33,245 nt of DNA from Gemmatimonadales bacterium. Its GTDB lineage: Bacteria; Gemmatimonadota; Gemmatimonadetes; Gemmatimonadales; GWC2-71-9. The notes under the pieces were generated by a model that saw nothing but the letters and a program-made list of their open reading frames with translations, was not told the origin of the DNA and searched no databases. This document shows positions 32,410-33,245 of this stretch, piece after piece; position 1 is the stretch's first letter, and each line of letters begins with the position of its first letter. The position numbers were made by a program, and so were the translations under genes. The DNA lies in the NCBI GenBank assembly GCA_035311125.1, contig DATGDE010000149.1, positions 1-33,245 of the forward strand. Reading direction: 5' to 3'.

Positions 32410-33245
32410 GAGCCTTCGTCCTCGGCGCCACGGGCGGGAGCGGGCTGGAGCACGCCGCCGTGGCCGATGTACCGGACGCGCCGGCCCCTGGCCCCGGCGA
32501 AGTGCGCCTCGCCGTGCGCGCGGCGGCGCTGAACCATCTCGACCTGTTCGTCATGGAAGGGGTGCCGGGCGTCACCTACCGGTTCCCGCACATCCTGGGC
32601 GCCGACGGCGCGGGCGTGGTCGCCGATGTGGGCAGTGGCGTGTCGGGTGTGCAGCCGGGCGACCGCGTAGTGGTGAACCCCGGCATCTCCGATTACACGT
32701 GCGAGTTCTGTCTCCGCGGCGAGCACAGCCTCTGCGTCCGGTACGGCATTCTGGGCGAGCATCATCCCGGCACTCTCGCGGAGCTGCTCACCGTCCCGGC
32801 GCACAACGTGCTGCCCCTGCCGCAGCTCGACCCGCCGCTCTCGTGGGGCGAGGCCGCGGCGTTCTCTCTCGTGACCCTCACCGCGTGGCGGATGATGATG
32901 ACCCGCGCGCAGGTGAAAGCAGGAGAGTGGGTGCTCGCGTGGGGCATCGGCGGCGGCGTGTCGCTCTCCGCCATGCGCATCGCGAAGCTCGCGGGCGCCC
33001 GCGTGATCGCGACGTCGTCCAGCGACGCGAAGCTCGAGCGGGCGCGCGAGCTGGGAGCCGACGTGACCGTGAACCATCGTACCCAGCGCGTCGTCACCGA
33101 GGTGCGCGCGGCGACCGGGAAACGGGGCGTGGACGTGGTGGTCGAGAACGTCGGGGAGGCGACCTGGGGAGACTCGCTCCGCTGTCTCGCCAAGGGCGGC
33201 CGCATCGTCACGTGCGGTGGCACGACCGGACCGAAGCTCGTGACC
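32406..33245 (+). CDS. Zinc-type alcohol dehydrogenase / quinone oxidoreductase (MDR superfamily), 3' end outside the window
   Basis: Not in the ORF track because it is open at the window edge. My own translation of the frame from 32409 reads RAFVLGATGGSGLEHAAVADVPDAPAPGPGEVRLAVRAAALNHLD...HILGADGAGVV...GEWVLAWGIGGGVSLSAMRIAKLAGARVIATSSSD. The start codon is unresolved (ATA 32406 or GTG 32460). Confidence 0.75.
   Translation, partial: MRAFVLGATGGSGLEHAAVADVPDAPAPGPGEVRLAVRAAALNHLDLFVMEGVPGVTYRFPHILGADGAGVVADVGSGVSGVQPGDRVVVNPGISDYTCEFCLRGEHSLCVRYGILGEHHPGTLAELLTVPAHNVLPLPQLDPPLSWGEAAAFSLVTLTAWRMMMTRAQVKAGEWVLAWGIGGGVSLSAMRIAKLAGARVIATSSSDAKLERARELGADVTVNHRTQRVVTEVRAATGKRGVDVVVENVGEATWGDSLRCLAKGGRIVTCGGTTGPKLVT

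Noticed and set aside
1-33245. Mobile elements, integrases, toxin-antitoxin or defence-system genes, and tRNA/rRNA genes.
   Set aside because: No ORF shows transposase, integrase, nuclease or defence hallmarks. No intergenic region has tRNA-like cloverleaf potential. Apart from short AT-richer promoter-like intergenic islands, composition is uniformly GC-rich, with no island-like shift.

Overview
Very GC-rich bacterial chromosomal segment. Third codon positions are almost all G/C, which produces many long spurious antisense ORFs. I call 33 protein-coding genes and find no rRNA, tRNA, CRISPR array or recognisable mobile element. The 28 consecutive CDS from 37 to 26350 all lie on the minus strand, often joined by 4-nt start/stop overlaps (ATGA, GTGA, TTGA). 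Coding switches mainly to the plus strand from 26395. Most of the content is housekeeping or metabolic: thyX, dCMP deaminase, RNase HI, thiolase, 3-hydroxyacyl-CoA dehydrogenase, GGT, an amino-acid permease, amidohydrolases and a glycosidase. The strongest candidate for an undescribed system is the tightly coupled minus-strand operon at 37-3658. It encodes two paralogous D-Ala-D-Ala-ligase-like ATP-grasp enzymes, a small GNAT acetyltransferase and a complete lysine 2,3-aminomutase. It is preceded by an AT-rich promoter-like island and a terminator-like hairpin directly upstream of the ribosome-binding site. I infer a beta-lysine-derived peptide or osmolyte pathway under leader control. Other notable points: (1) selD is a selenoprotein gene whose in-frame TGA (Sec), followed by a SECIS-like hairpin, truncated the ORF track. 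(2) A family of intergenic palindromes has arms built from tandem 7-nt or 10-nt units (3782-3898, 16182-16291, 21481-21544). (3) One secreted protein appears to fuse a beta-barrel-like domain to an amicyanin-type cupredoxin. (4) A 97-aa protein combines a Met/Pro/acidic head with a histone-H1-like K/R/A/P tail. (5) An MDR-family dehydrogenase has a conserved N-terminus that begins at an ATA overlapping the upstream TAA, with no canonical start codon. All functional calls rest on motif recognition by eye; no database search was possible.
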